Shown piece after piece: positions 13,276 to 26,548 of a stretch of DNA of 64,000 nt. The notes under the pieces are model-generated. The model saw only the letters and a list, made by a program, of their open reading frames with translations. It made no database searches and was not told the DNA's origin. Both the position numbers and the translations under genes were made by a program. This stretch comes from Octopus sinensis (lineage: Eukaryota), in the NCBI RefSeq assembly GCF_006345805.1, contig NW_021833462.1, positions 14,924-78,923 on the forward strand, given 5' to 3'. Numbering within the stretch: position 1 is the first letter of the stretch; every line of letters starts with the position of its first letter.

Positions 13276-13326
13276 ATTGGTTGACACGGCAACCGTTTGC
13301 AGTGACGAGCGGCGGCCATATTAGTT
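13276..13326 (+). promoter_or_regulatory. Candidate core-promoter cluster: reverse CCAAT, RFX X-box-like, CRE half-site, YY1-like, TTAGTT Inr-like
   Basis: ATTGG 13276-80; GTTGACACGGCAAC 13280-93 (12/14 to GTTGCCATGGCAAC); TGACG 13303-07; GCGGCCATATT 13312-22; TTAGTT 13321-26. Motif matches only. Confidence 0.3.
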
Positions 13327-13888
13327 ACATAAAAACATCACCTAATCCTGAGTTAATCTCTAAAACCTCTGCATTGTATTCCCAGTATAGATAAATGCAG
13401 ACGTTGCTGAATGGTTTGAAAATTCTATTCGACCTCAAAAAACCCGAGTTTGCCATCTGCGGTGTGTACCTTTTAGAATGGCATCTCTTGTCGACACAAG
13501 GGCGACATTGCAAGGGATGAGGAAATTATGTCCATTAGGTGGAGTGTCTCTCTAGTTTAACAGTCTACACACTCTCTCACGCGCGCAAACACATATGCAT
13601 ACATGTGTATGTGTGTGTGTGTGTGTGCATGTACATACATAAAAGCATATATACACTGGGGCCAGTGTTAGGCAAAAGACAGTCCAAAATACTGATACAT
13701 ACACACATACATATAAATACACACACTCATATACATATTACACAGAGGCATATATGTGTTTACACACGCTCACACTTATATTTAGAAAGTGAAGGAGAAA
13801 AGAGAAGGATGTCTACGCATACATACAGCTATTCTGTTTCCATGTTTCCATCTGAAAATCTATATGCTTCTATGCATATGTGTGTTTG

Positions 13889-13957
<69 letters not shown>

Positions 13958-14067
13958 GTATGAGTGATTGTGTTTAGTTACTTGCTAACCTTCACGGAGT
14001 TCGTTGCCTATAAATACGGGAAATGTGAATCTGTGAACGTGTGTGTATATAGGTGTTTATATACAGG

Positions 14068-14117
<50 letters not shown>

Positions 14118-14236
14118 GGTGTGTATATAGGTGTGTATATATATATATATATAGTGTGTATATAGGTGTATATAGGTGTATATAGATATATATATACACA
14201 TATATATATACATATATATACATATATACATATATA

Positions 14237-14311
<75 letters not shown>

Positions 14312-14324
14312 TATACATATATAC

Positions 14325-14365
<41 letters not shown>

Positions 14366-15230
14366 ACACCTATATACACACCTATATACACATATATATA
14401 TATATATATATATATAGGTGTATCTGGTCTGAAGTTATTGGTGAGTTCATGTATTTATATTTGTCTTTTCAAAAGAGAAGCCGCATAATTCCGTTCTGTT
14501 AATTCATCTTGAAACTCTCACCATTCACAGCTTCCAAATTATTGAAAAAAGTTTTTCATTCCTTCAGCTTGGCAACAAATCTTTTTTTTTTTTCATTTTC
14601 TCCCATTTCTCTCTCACAGACTCTCTTGTCCATTCTATACAATTTAATTTATACACTGGTCAATTCTTTATCTTTTACAAATTTTCACATTTTCTTCTTG
14701 TTTCGAAGAACTTTATTTCAAAATAACATCTTTTTTTTCTTCTTAAATATTTGTTTATCCACTTCCGACTCTTCTAAGCTTTTGTCTGATGTGGTCACTG
14801 CTAGTTTTCTTTATTTAGCTGTAGGTCAATCATGTCAGACGTGTAGACAAAACTGTTCTATTGTTAGTGGCTTCACTGACTATATATCATAATGTAACAC
14901 GTAAATTAAAGGCGACTTGGCTGCTATTTCTAGCAGGATTATCAACAACGTACAGGTTCTCTTGCATTGTTACCTCTATTCTATTTTTTAGTTACTATAC
15001 ACCAATGGTTCCTAGCGCCTCCCTCCACTCACGACCACAATCATAGATCCCTTTCTGCTGCAAATTCAATTAACCCATCATTTTGTTATTGGTACATTCA
15101 TCGATCCCTTTTGGCCGCCCCATTATCGCTACTATTCTTCTTATTGATTATGGTGACACAAGTGTTAATGATGCTAGTGAATGTGGTGTTTGTGACGGTT
15201 GTAGTTTTGTTGCCAAGAAATAGGAATATG

Positions 15231-16006
15231 AGGCACGGCCTGGCAGAAACGTTAGCACGCCGGGCGAAACGCTTAGCGGCATTTCGTCTACCGTTACGTT
15301 CTGAGTTCAAATTCCGCCGAGGTCGACTTTGCCTTTCATCCTTTCGGGGTCGATAAATTAAGTACCAGCTACGCACTTGTGTCGATATTATCGACTTAAT
15401 CCGTTTGTCTGTCCTTGTTTGTCCCTTCTGTTTTTAACCCGTTGTGGGTAGTAAAGAAATAGAAATAGGTATTTCGTCTGTCTTCTTGCTCTGTCTTCTT
15501 CCGCCGGGATCGAATTTGCCTTTCATCCTTTCGGGGTCGATAAATTAAGTACCAGCTACGCACTTGTGTCGATATTATCGACTTAATCCGTTTGTCTGTC
15601 CTTGTTTGTCCCTTCTGTTTTTAACCCGTTGTGGGTAGTAAAGAAATAGAAATAGGTATTTCGTCTGTCTTCTTGCTCTGTCTTCTTCCGCCGGGATCGA
15701 ATTTGCCTTTCATCCTTTCGGGGTCGATAAATTAAGTACCAGCTACGCACTTGTGTCGATATTATCGACTTAATCCGTTTGTCTGTCCTTGTTTGTCCCT
15801 TCTGTTTTTAACCCGTTGTGGGTAGTAAAGAAATAGAAATAGGTATTTCGTCTGTCTTCTTGCTCTGTCTTCTTCCGCCGGGATCGAATTTGCCTTTCAT
15901 CCTTTCGGGGTCGATAAATTAAGTACCGGTGAAACATTGGGGTCGATATAATCGACTTAGCCCCTTACCCAAAATTTTAGGCCTTGTGCTTGTAGTAGAA
16001 AGGAAT
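15231..16006 (+). mobile_element. SINE-A concatemer: full head, three identical 187-bp tail+head units, alternative terminal tail, inside one 13-bp TSD
   Basis: Junctions at 15467/8, 15654/5 and 15841/2; TSD aaataggaatatg at 15218-15230 and 16007-16019. Confidence 0.9.
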
Positions 16007-16382
16007 AAATAGGAATATGGACATTGATGGGTAAATGATTGCCTGTATTTGATATAATTATTGTAGCAATAATGCAATCGGTTTGCAACATCGTTTGAAC
16101 ACAGATATACCTTGCATTTCACTCTGGTACTTTGCGTTCTGAGTTCAAATCTCACCGAGGTTGTCTTAGCCATACACTCTTCAGGAGTTTCGCTAAGTTA
16201 AGAAAATAAAATAGCAGCCCCTTTTGGGTGTCGTTCCACTCACTCCCCTTTCTTCCATTTTTACTCCTTTTCCGTCCCGATCTCTTCAGAATGAAATGTA
16301 CCCTGGAAGATTGTTTGGAACAATAAATTTCCAAAGTCCATCATAAATATTTCTAGATTTTTACACTGTCATCTTGAACAAC

Positions 16383-16865
16383 AACAGTCAATGCAAATGT
16401 TCCGTCAATGCAATGACTCCTCACAATGCAATGACTCCTCAACAGTCAATGCAATGACTCCTCAACAGTCAATGCAATGACTCCTCAACAGTCAATGCAA
16501 TGACTCCTCAACAGTCAATGCAATGACTCCTCACAATGCAATGACTCCTCACAATGCAATGACTCCTCAACAGTCAATGCAATGACTCCTCACAATGCAC
16601 TGACTCCTCAACAGTCAATGCAATGACTCCTCACAATGCAATGACTCGTCAACAGTCAATGCAATGACTCCTCACAATGCAATGACTCGTCAACAGTCAA
16701 TCCTATGACTCCTCACAATGCAATGACTCCTCACAATGCAATGACTCGTCAACAGTCAATGCAATAACTCCTCAACAGTCAATGCAATGACTCCTCAACA
16801 GTCAATGCAATGACTCCTCAACAGTCAATGCAATGACTCCTCAACAGTCAATGCAATGACTCCTC
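16383..16865. repeat. Two-unit minisatellite (23-nt AACAGTCAATGCAATGACTCCTC and 18-nt ACAATGCAATGACTCCTC)
   Basis: 13 long units, 8 short units and one partial unit, counted by hand. Confidence 0.95.
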
Positions 16866-17445
16866 ACAAATTATTTTTTTAGACATAGCCTTACATAACT
16901 CACTCGGTAGTCTAGGGAAATGTGCGCACGGGCGAAATGTCAGCTGGGATAAAAACAAAATAAAAAAAAAGAAAAGGATATATGATTACATCACTGGAAA
17001 ATTATATCGAAAAGATAACTAATGTCGATTATCTTGTCACATCAACAAGGCCAATGACATGCTGCTGATAGGCGAAATATTGGCTACTTCAGATAAACTA
17101 CTTGTTGCTCCAGAAAAGACAATAGAGGACAGATACGAGAACTTGTTTTACACATATAACTTGAAATTGAATTCGATTGTTTTTATTGACATTTATTTCA
17201 AATTTGTTTTGTTCGATAACCTAAATCAGAGAAGTTTACTGTTTACTGTAAGATGCTTTGTTCATAGTTTTTGATACCGGCGTAGAACCTACGTGATTAC
17301 TCTTTGTAACGGGTATTTCAGCTGTAAGCATAGTATAGTAGTTAGGTTCCGTGGTGTGGTGGTGTGCGACAGAGAAATTGTGTGCAGTTGGTGGAGGTGG
17401 CGGTGGCGGCGATGGTCCTGCGGTTGCAGTTGATGGTACTGTGGA

Positions 17446-17476
<31 letters not shown>

Positions 17477-17640
17477 GAGAGTAGCGATCTTCGTCCCATT
17501 AGTGGGAGAAGTCCGAAACGTGGTCCTTTGCTATTCGTAAGACCCGCAGAAGAGAAAGCAGGTCTACCCCCGACACCGAGAGCATCGACGGATGGACGAA
17601 TGCGCATTCAGGCTCAGCGGTTGCATAGGAAGTCGGGGAC

Positions 17641-17837
17641 AAGAAACAGGAAGAAAAAGTGAGAGAAAGTTGGAGCGAAAGAGTACAACAAGGGTCGCCA
17701 CCACCCCCTGCCAGAGCTTTGTGGAGCTTTAGGTGTTTTCGCTCAATAAACACACACAACACCCGGTCTGGGAATCGAAACCACGATCCTCCGACCGCGA
17801 GTCCGCTGCCCTAACCACTGAACCATTGCGCCTCCAC
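17641..17837 (-). mobile_element. SINE-R 5' portion
   Basis: Reverse complement starts gtggaggcgcaatgg..cagtggttagggcagcggactcgcggtcg, A/B boxes, matches the 25652 and 41851 copies. Confidence 0.9.
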
Positions 17838-18655
17838 TGCTGTTGCTCTTGTTTTATCAGGAGCTTATTCTTTGGCGCGAAGCCCTATGACTAAATACTT
17901 TCCAGGCATCAACCAATCTATCTTTCTCCGGCACTGTGTACCTAGGACTACGGTATTCAGCTTTCGTCCCCTTTTTATAAATAATGAGAGGAAATTACCC
18001 CCACAACTTACCTAGTTTAGTGATCAGAAAGGGATTCTTTCGTTCGTTCGAAACATGAGGTCCACGTAAGAATGGATTAGATGTAGAATTACAAATGTTA
18101 TAAAGGCGCAGCAGTGTTCAAAAGTTCGCTTCGTAATGATGGGGGTCACCTAGAATTATGGGCTTAGACTTCTACTTTGTGAAACCATCGACGCCGGATA
18201 TAAACTACTTCAACGGGTAACATTTGGGGGAAGGTGCAATGTATGTCGGTGGGGTTAAATTTAAGTTTGCAGGCTTTCTATACATAGAGTTTGCATGGAA
18301 TTTGGTTAATCTGTTATTTTATTTAATCTCTTATTTAATTTCCAGAGAACTGGAAAATTTTGATGCTGTCAACTTAATATTTACCACCCGATTTTGATAC
18401 ACACACACACACACACACGCACACACACACACACACACACCACACACATATATATAATATATATATATATACACACACACATACATACAAATATATATAT
18501 ATACACACATATATATATATATATACACACATACACACACTCACACACACACACATATATATATACACACACATAATACAAATATATATATATATATACA
18601 CACACACATATATATATATATATACACACAAATACACACACACACACACACACAC

Positions 18656-18728
<73 letters not shown>

Positions 18729-19409
18729 CAGGGTACAGAGAAAATAGGCAAGAAGGTGTAAGAGAGAATTGATGCAAAAGAAAGAGGAAGAAGATAAGCA
18801 AAATAGAGGGAGAAACTGATTGCGTTCGTGTATTTGAAGGAGAGGAAGGAGAGAAGGAGTTAGGTGCTTTTGATGAAAGAGCAAGAAGGAGAAAAAACAG
18901 AAAAAGAAATTTGAGAGAAAGAAAAGGTAACTGTTTAACTGTAGAGTTTATTTGCTAATATTTGTTGTTATTGTTGTTGTTGTTATTGTTGTTGTTGTTG
19001 TTGTTGTTGTTATTCATGTGATGTAATATTAATGTTATTGTTATTTTTAACTTGACTTCAGAAAAATCAAAGAGATTCCTTTCCTTTTCATGGAAAAGTA
19101 AATTCTTTCTTTTTTTTCTTTTATTTTTATTTTTCAGCCGATATCCCCCACCCCACCCTCTCCCTTGAGATGTAAATGTTGATATTTTATCGAGTATTTC
19201 GTGTTGTCTCGTTATGAAACCAATCAAACAAGTCGTGTATCTGCTTCGATTATGCAATCCCAAATATGATAACGCAGCTCCAAGATGTGAAGACACCAGA
19301 AATGATTATTGCGTTGTGTTGGATGCCTGCAGAGTTTTTAATTACACTCACACACACATACGTACATACACATACATACATATCTAAGCATGTCTGCATG
19401 TATGTGTGT

Positions 19410-19440
<31 letters not shown>

Positions 19441-19497
19441 CACACACGCACACAGGCAATTGTTGGTCGTAGTATATCCTTGTGTCTGAATATATTT

Positions 19498-19895
19498 TAC
19501 TAGCAGTATCGCCCGGCGTTGCTCGGCTTTGTAAGGGAAATAACTATATAAGCATTTTTAGAGAGTTTTAGCCAAAAAATAGCAAAAGAATGCATTAAAA
19601 ATGGAAAAAAAATGATGGTAATTTTTTTTTAAATCGTTGACTCATCGTAGACATTTTTAGAGAGTTACTTCCCTTATATAATAGCGAAGAAATGTATTAA
19701 AATGAAAAAAAATTATGGTAATTTTTTTTTAATCGTAGACTCATCGTAGACGCGCGCTAATACCCAGAAGGGCTCGATATGAATCACGACTATAGGATAC
19801 CCGGTTTTGGTTAAACTGCACCGCAAAATGTGGGAGTAGTTAGGAATCTAAATCGTAGGAGACAGACACACAACTTCACTTTTATATATAAAGAT
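19498..19895 (+). mobile_element. Helentron/HINE-like non-autonomous element with internal ~97-bp imperfect tandem duplication
   Basis: Starts tactagcagtatcgcccggcgttgctcgg and ends cacacaacttcacttttatatataaagat, termini resembling HINE/Lep1-type elements; the atttttagagagtt...gactcatcgtagac block occurs twice. Confidence 0.65.
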
Positions 19896-20006
19896 GAGTC
19901 TCCTTCGTAGTTCTTTTGCTGAATGTATACGACTTGAGACGTAAGCTCATATATTCTATCCTGCCAACCGCCGGATGAGCTGCCTCTGAAGTCAATTGTC
20001 CCATGT

Positions 20007-20235
20007 TTAACTCTTTAGTGTTTAAACTGGCCATATCTGGCCCAAATATTCTGTATCTTTTATATTCAAGCTGCCGCAATCTAGCCTCTCACACCTAACC
20101 CACATTGACGTTCTAAAAATAAACAATCACGTCATTGAAACCTCAAAGTTATAAGATAATGCATAATTAATTAAAAACAATTTGAGTAAAAAACATATTA
20201 CATTTAGCAGAGTAATCTGAACACTAAAGGGTTAA
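20007..20235. mobile_element. TTAA-flanked MITE (piggyBac-type ends)
   Basis: TTAA-ctctttagtgttta at left; tgaacactaaaggg-TTAA at right (12/14 inverted match). Confidence 0.75.
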
Positions 20236-20970
20236 CATCTCTGCAATCCTGTCATAATTTTGGTCGTTCACAAGAGACGTGATTCAAGGTTAGAGACACA
20301 GCACCAAACCAGAATAGTACGAATCGACGTTGACATAGGACAGATTTGAACTCACAAAGCAAAGAGTCGCATTAAATACCATAGGCCGTTTTATCACACG
20401 CTCTAACGCCTCTGCCAGCCCGACGCCATTCAATGTAAAAGGTCGATAAAATTGCAATTCAAAGACATGAGATTAGTGCTTCTATTACCATACAAGTCTA
20501 CAAGATAACCTTGTCTTAACACTGGGAAATACCAAATATCTTACATAAATTGAATTGTGTCTTGCCGAATTCTTCAACCGGTTATGGGTTTCTTTCGGTC
20601 AGGATTAACCAAAAATTGTGTATAACGACATCTCTACGCGCAAGAATTCAGAAGATATTTGTAAAAGAACTGGCGATTGCCCAGGCTTACAAGTCATCTG
20701 TCTCCCCGATACCGATGTTGTCCAAGAAACTCATCCCCCATCACTTTACAGTCTAAATAGTTTACCACCAATGTAATAGTAAGGGCATTACTATCACTAC
20801 GCAAAGAACCGGATCAAATCCCACGACGCATTCCGTTTGGCTCCTTTAAAATTCATCGCTCTGGATTGGTAATATTTTCACAAAAGGCGAACGACGTGAT
20901 GCTGAAATGCTGTCCACATCTGCTCCAGCTCGAATAACATACGACTATTGTGTCTATTACGTTTATTATA

Positions 20971-21353
20971 CTCTTACTCTTTATTCTTTTACTTGTTTCA
21001 GTCATTTGACTGCGGCCATGCTGGAGCACCGCCTTTAGTCGAGCAAATCGACCCCGGGACTTATTCTTTGTAAGTCCAGTACTTACTCTCTCGGTCCCTT
21101 TTTTGCCGAACCGCTAAGTGACGGGGACGTAAACCAGCATCGGTTGTCAAGCAATGCTAGGGGGACAAACACACATATATATATATATATATATATGACA
21201 GGCTTCTTTCAGTTTCCGTCTACCAAATCCACGCATTGGTCGACCCGGGGCTATAGCAGAAGACACTTGCCCAAGATGCTACGCAGTGGGACTGAACCCG
21301 GAACCATGTGGTTGGTTAGCAAGCTACTTACCACAGAACCACTCCTGCGCCTA
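20971..21353 (-). mobile_element. SINE-C full length
   Basis: Same head, CORE-like region and tail as other copies; small internal deletion. Confidence 0.95.
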
Positions 21354-22849
21354 TTATAGTTCACCAAAGTTAATTATCTCCCTTGGATAGCTGTTGGTAT
21401 TAATGATAGGTTGATTGTCTTCACGATTCTAAATTTCTGCCGAACATTGACTTAGGACAGAGATCTGTTCCAGAAGCAATTTGAACGTTTCTCGACAAGA
21501 AAGTCCTTACCAGGCTTTTATTACTCCATATATTGTAGCTAGACTTCCAAGAAGGGATGCTGGGACTTAAGTCTCACTACTAGACACCGTCCATACATTG
21601 GGGATCTGATGTTTGAGTGTAGGTATGTGAGAGCATGAATCATTTTGGTTATGTTTCTCTCATCCCTCTTCACAACCGGTGTTCCTTTGTTGTCCTCCGT
21701 AGCTCACAGTTCGAGCGAAAAGAGGCTGAAAGGAAATGTAGCAGACCTAACTAAATGCGGGGATAAACTTAAAGTCGTCACGAGCAGCAAATTTATTCCA
21801 ACTAGTTACAGAATCTAAGACAGATTTGGTTGACGTCTATATGAACTTAATTATGTAGTTAAAAATTCATTGGCTCACAACGTTGGACTCGTTAGTGTGC
21901 ACTTAGCTGCTAATTTTCCATGTTGACGGTGCCACAACGTATGTGAAATTATTGTTTCTGCTAAATGTATTGCTTAATATGACAGTTTCAAGCGTCTTTG
22001 TTTAGAAATAATAATTTAAAAAACCCACTTTAATAGACGGCAACAAAACAAATTACATCATAATTAACAACAACAATCATCACAAACACTACAAGAAGCA
22101 ATACTTGTTGATGAAGGATAGTGAAAACAATATTAAAGAAATTTGAAATCAAGATAAAGAAACTGGATAGTGAAAACAATAGCATGTGGCCTCAATTAAA
22201 GTCCAACAGCTGGTTCGACAATATCGCAAAAGATGTAAATAGCAATTGGTCGAGTCAAACTTAAAACTGAAGAATGTAACAAAGAAAGACGCTCGTTGAA
22301 AGATGCTCTATAACATAAAGACATAAAACAAAAGAAAACATCCTAATTTCCTTCCACAGATTTTTCATTATTCCCTATAATTTTCTGTAGATAAACTTAG
22401 AAATCTCCCTTATGTGAATAAATAAAATATCTTTATTTTTCTCATGTCAACTCGCCCATCTCATCCACCCTCATTTCATTCTATTTTGCCCTCAGCTTCT
22501 ACCCAAAATCCTACTAAAATACATTTTCTACTTAATAATATCTCTGGTTGGCTTAGAATACTTTCAAGAAAAATCCATTACGTCCCGTAATGAAAGAATG
22601 AGTATATTGTGGCGTAAATTTCTTTCCTCAGGCCTACAGAAATATGTGGAGAGTGAAAATATATTTCGTCAACGTTTTGGCCAGGAATAGAAGCATTTAC
22701 GTTGTGGTTTTGATGCCTTCACGAAAGAAAATATAGCAATTTCAATGAAATAAAATAAAATTGTATAACTTTACATATTGTAGCTACTGGACAACGGCAT
22801 TATTAGTCACGGGATACCAACTGGTCAGTTACTGGCTCAAAGCATTTGT

Positions 22850-23282
22850 ACATAAATACATACATACATACATGCATACATACATACATGCATACATACC
22901 TACATACATACATACATACATACTTACATACATGCATACATACATACATACATCCATACACACATACATGCATGCATACGTACATACATGCATACATGCA
23001 TGCATACATATATACATACATACATGCATACATATATACATACATACATGCATACATACATACATACATACATAAAGGCATACATACATACATACATACA
23101 CATACATGCATCCGTCCATCCATCCATCCATCCATACATACATATATACATACATACATACATACATACATGCATACATGCATACATACATACATACACA
23201 CATACACATCCATCCATCCATCCATCCATCCATCCATACATACATACATACATGCATGCATACATACATACATACATACATA
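22850..23282. repeat. Compound (TACA)n/(TGCA)/(TCCA)n microsatellite
   Basis: Direct reading. Confidence 0.95.
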
Positions 23283-24423
23283 TAGGATTGGACGCTTGAT
23301 GAGATCCGAGCCATTAATCTGAGAATTTTTAGCGCATGACACAAAATTCCTTAGATAATTCTTTCCAACCTTTCACCTACCGATTTCGAATCGCACCGAC
23401 GTTAACCTTAATTTTATTTTTCATCTCAGAATCGATGAAGCGAATTTCAATCAACTACTGAAGGTGATGTAATCAAATGTTCTTTCCTGAAAATGTCTGA
23501 CTTTCTGCCAAAAAACAGTAAATATTTCTCAGTCAATTTCATTGATGAATCTTCTGCTGTTTGATAAACTCAGTTTCCAGTTCATTAAATTAACACCTCT
23601 AAGTAATTCTGCATTCCGAACACCTGATCTTTTAACACAGTTCTCAGACAGAATAAACGTGAAATAATATTCGATAAGGCTGCACCATTGAATTACGGGT
23701 ACACTCCGCTTGACATCTTCTCAGTAGTTTCCGTCTGCACATCTTCCCACAGAAACTCGAATATGCCATGGTAAATAAGATTTACCTGAGATGTAACACA
23801 TACGGATCGAACCCAAAATCTCAAGATGATGAAACTCTTTTCTTAACCATTTCGTCAAATTTGTATTCACCTACGATAAAACGCATTCTTTGCTTTTCCC
23901 GAGACTTTCCATCTTAAATATTCATTTCTTTCCAGAAGCTACATCATTTCACTCTATCATTCATTGCGTTTTACATTATCTTTACTTTACTTTTTTAATT
24001 TTTCTCCCTAATTCATTCCTTATCATGCAATGTATCAATTTCCAACTGTTTAATCAGACAAAAAAAATAAAACATGGATTCTTACTACAAATTTTGAAGT
24101 CATTCAATTTGCCTTATTTGCTGTTGTTTTTGTTAGGTGTTCGTTTTTAGAAGCCATAACCAGAATTTGCTTCATTTTTTTCAGTCGATGAAATATAAAT
24201 AATTCTTCTAGTCTAAATACGATGCTTGCGTAAAAGAAAAGTGATGGCGTCATATGTAAATATTTGTTCATATACATACAGGAACACTTTGGTATATAAG
24301 TGAGATATGTATATCAGCGACGACAGCAAATATACACCATACCGTATTGATATAGCATAAATTATGGCTTCTCAAATATGCCACACCATTAAGACAGAGA
24401 TAGAGAAACAAACGGACAGAGAA

Positions 24424-24462
<39 letters not shown>

Positions 24463-24463
24463 T

Positions 24464-24554
<91 letters not shown>

Positions 24555-25010
24555 TGATGACACCTCCAACTCACAATAACTAAACTTAAGATGTAAAAGT
24601 GTCTCTTCTCAGCCCAAATAACCTATTCCTAAAATGAAATCTTATTCTACCCTGGAATAAAAGTTATTATTTTCGTATCCCTGGTGATTACAAAATTTGA
24701 ATTCTTTACACGTGTCTCACCGTTTGCAACTAGCGTTTGAAGATTTTACTTTACTTCAAGAATGCATTATCTCTAAAACATTCTTTATTTTTAATTCAAT
24801 CTCCTAATTGCTAAACCATTTAATAAATATTACCTATTTTGAAGAGATGTTAAGCCTCCATATGTTTCAGCTTTTTCTCCAATAAGAAACAGCAATCTCG
24901 GATAACGTTGCCCATATATTTTTGGTTCATCGTCTCGTTTGCTTTTGGTTAAGGGGAGTTTTGGCGTTTACCTTTAATCTTAATAGTCATTTTCTCCCTC
25001 AGATTTCTTT

Positions 25011-25405
25011 GAGTGGCTGTGTGGTAAGTCGCTTGCTAACCAGCCACATGGTTCCGGGTTCAGTCCCACTGCGTGGCACCATGGGCAATTGTCTTCTGCT
25101 ATAGCCTCGGGCCGACCAATGTCTTGTGAGTGGATTTGGTAGACGGAAACTGAAAGAAGCCTGTCGTATATATGTATATACATATATATGTGTGTGTGTT
25201 TGTGTGTGTGTGTTTGTCCCCCTAGCATTGCTTGACAACCGATGCTGGTGTGTTTACGTCCCCGTCACTTAGCGGTTCGGCAAAAATGTCGATAGAATAA
25301 GTACTGGGCTTACAAAGAATAAGTCCCGGGATCGATTTGCTCGACTAGAGGCGGTGCTCCAGCATGGCCGCAGTCAAATGACTGAAACAAGTAAAAGAGA
25401 GTAAA
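25011..25405 (+). mobile_element. SINE-C
   Basis: gagtggctgtgtggtaag head through gtaaaagagagtaaa tail. Confidence 0.95.
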
Positions 25406-25651
25406 GTGACATATAAGTCAGTTATAGGTTAAATTTGAAACTACCTGAAAAGAATAAGAAAAGTTGAGTTAATGAATAATACAAGGTACGTTCAAATATA
25501 TCAGACTTTATTTTTTACCATAAAATTTAATGCCACGCGGATAGAGACGTTTCAGTAGGAGGTGGTACCATCCATTCTGCACAGCATGGAAATTTTCGTG
25601 CTGGTACGCCGCCTCAGTTCACGGCTGTTACGCCCAGGTACAGACGTGCAC

Positions 25652-26002
25652 TGTGGAGGCGCAATGGCCCAGTGGTTATGGCAGCGGACTCGCGGTCGTA
25701 GGATCGCGGTTTCGATTCCCAGACCGGGCGTTGTGAGTGTTTATTGAGCGAAAATACCTAAAAGCTCCACGAGGCTCCGGCAGGGGATGGTGGTGATCCC
25801 TGCTGTATTCTTTCACCACAACTTTCTCTCACTCTTACTTCCGGTTTCTGTTGTACCTGTATTTCAAAGGGCCGACCTTGTCACTCTCTGTGTCATGTGT
25901 CTGTGGAGTGCTCAGCCACTTACACGTTAATTTCACGAGCAGGCTGTTCCGTTGATTCGGATCAACCGGAATTCTCGTCGTCGTAACCGACGGACTGCTT
26001 CC
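25652..26002 (+). mobile_element. SINE-R full length (internal deletion) with 12-bp TSD
   Basis: tRNA-like head with A-box tggcccagtgg and B-box ggtttcgattccc; TSD acagacgtgcac at 25640-25651 and 26003-26014. Confidence 0.95.
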
Positions 26003-26548
26003 ACAGACGTGCACCTTCCTCCGAATTTCGTTTTCACGCAAATGTGACCGACTGACTGCATCGAACAGATATTGCATCAAGTTTTGCCAAACGCTTGGTG
26101 ATACTTCAGTTCAAACCATTCAAAGAGGAAATGAAATCGTATAAAAAAAAAAAACTGACGTGTAGTTGGTTTCCAGTTGTCTCAACTTCTGTTAAGCCAT
26201 TAATATTATTAAAGTTGCTTCCGTATTGTACAGCGTTTTACCGATTTAAAACAAGAATTTCTTGGATGCTTGATTATAAGAAATGTCTTTATTTAGTCGT
26301 GAGATGATTTCTACCATATGGGCTTTTCTATGGAATTAACCACTGGCGGTCCCTAAGCATTTCCCATGAGACAAATATCGTTGTTGTTTGTAGGATTTTA
26401 TACAATTCTTTATATTTATGCAAAAACAAACGAAGTACTGAAGAAAAATCTTAGGACAAATTAAAACATTTATAATAATCAAGTCTACCTTAAAACGAAA
26501 TAGAAATTAGGCAATCGGAAAACTAGGCGGCCCAGATATGCGAAATAA

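Noticed and set aside
16383-16865. CRISPR-like appearance of the 16.4 kb and 58.5 kb arrays
   Set aside because: No unique spacers (units abut or are separated by CA repeats), eukaryotic context and no cas genes.
17480-17535. Hairpin followed by CGAAAC (gatcttcgtccca…tgggagaagtccgaaac), suggesting a hammerhead
   Set aside because: No CUGANGA upstream of the stem and no stem I.
17236-17662. Overlapping ORFs (123 aa minus, 103 aa plus) with poly-T/P or poly-V/G
   Set aside because: Driven by (GTT)n/(GGT)n repeats and running into a SINE; no recognised domain or convincing splice sites.
21544-21624. Segment with a good GTATGT donor and AG acceptors
   Set aside because: All frames from the first AG contain stops; only a secondary AG gives an open frame, and it is phase-incompatible with the neighbouring candidates.
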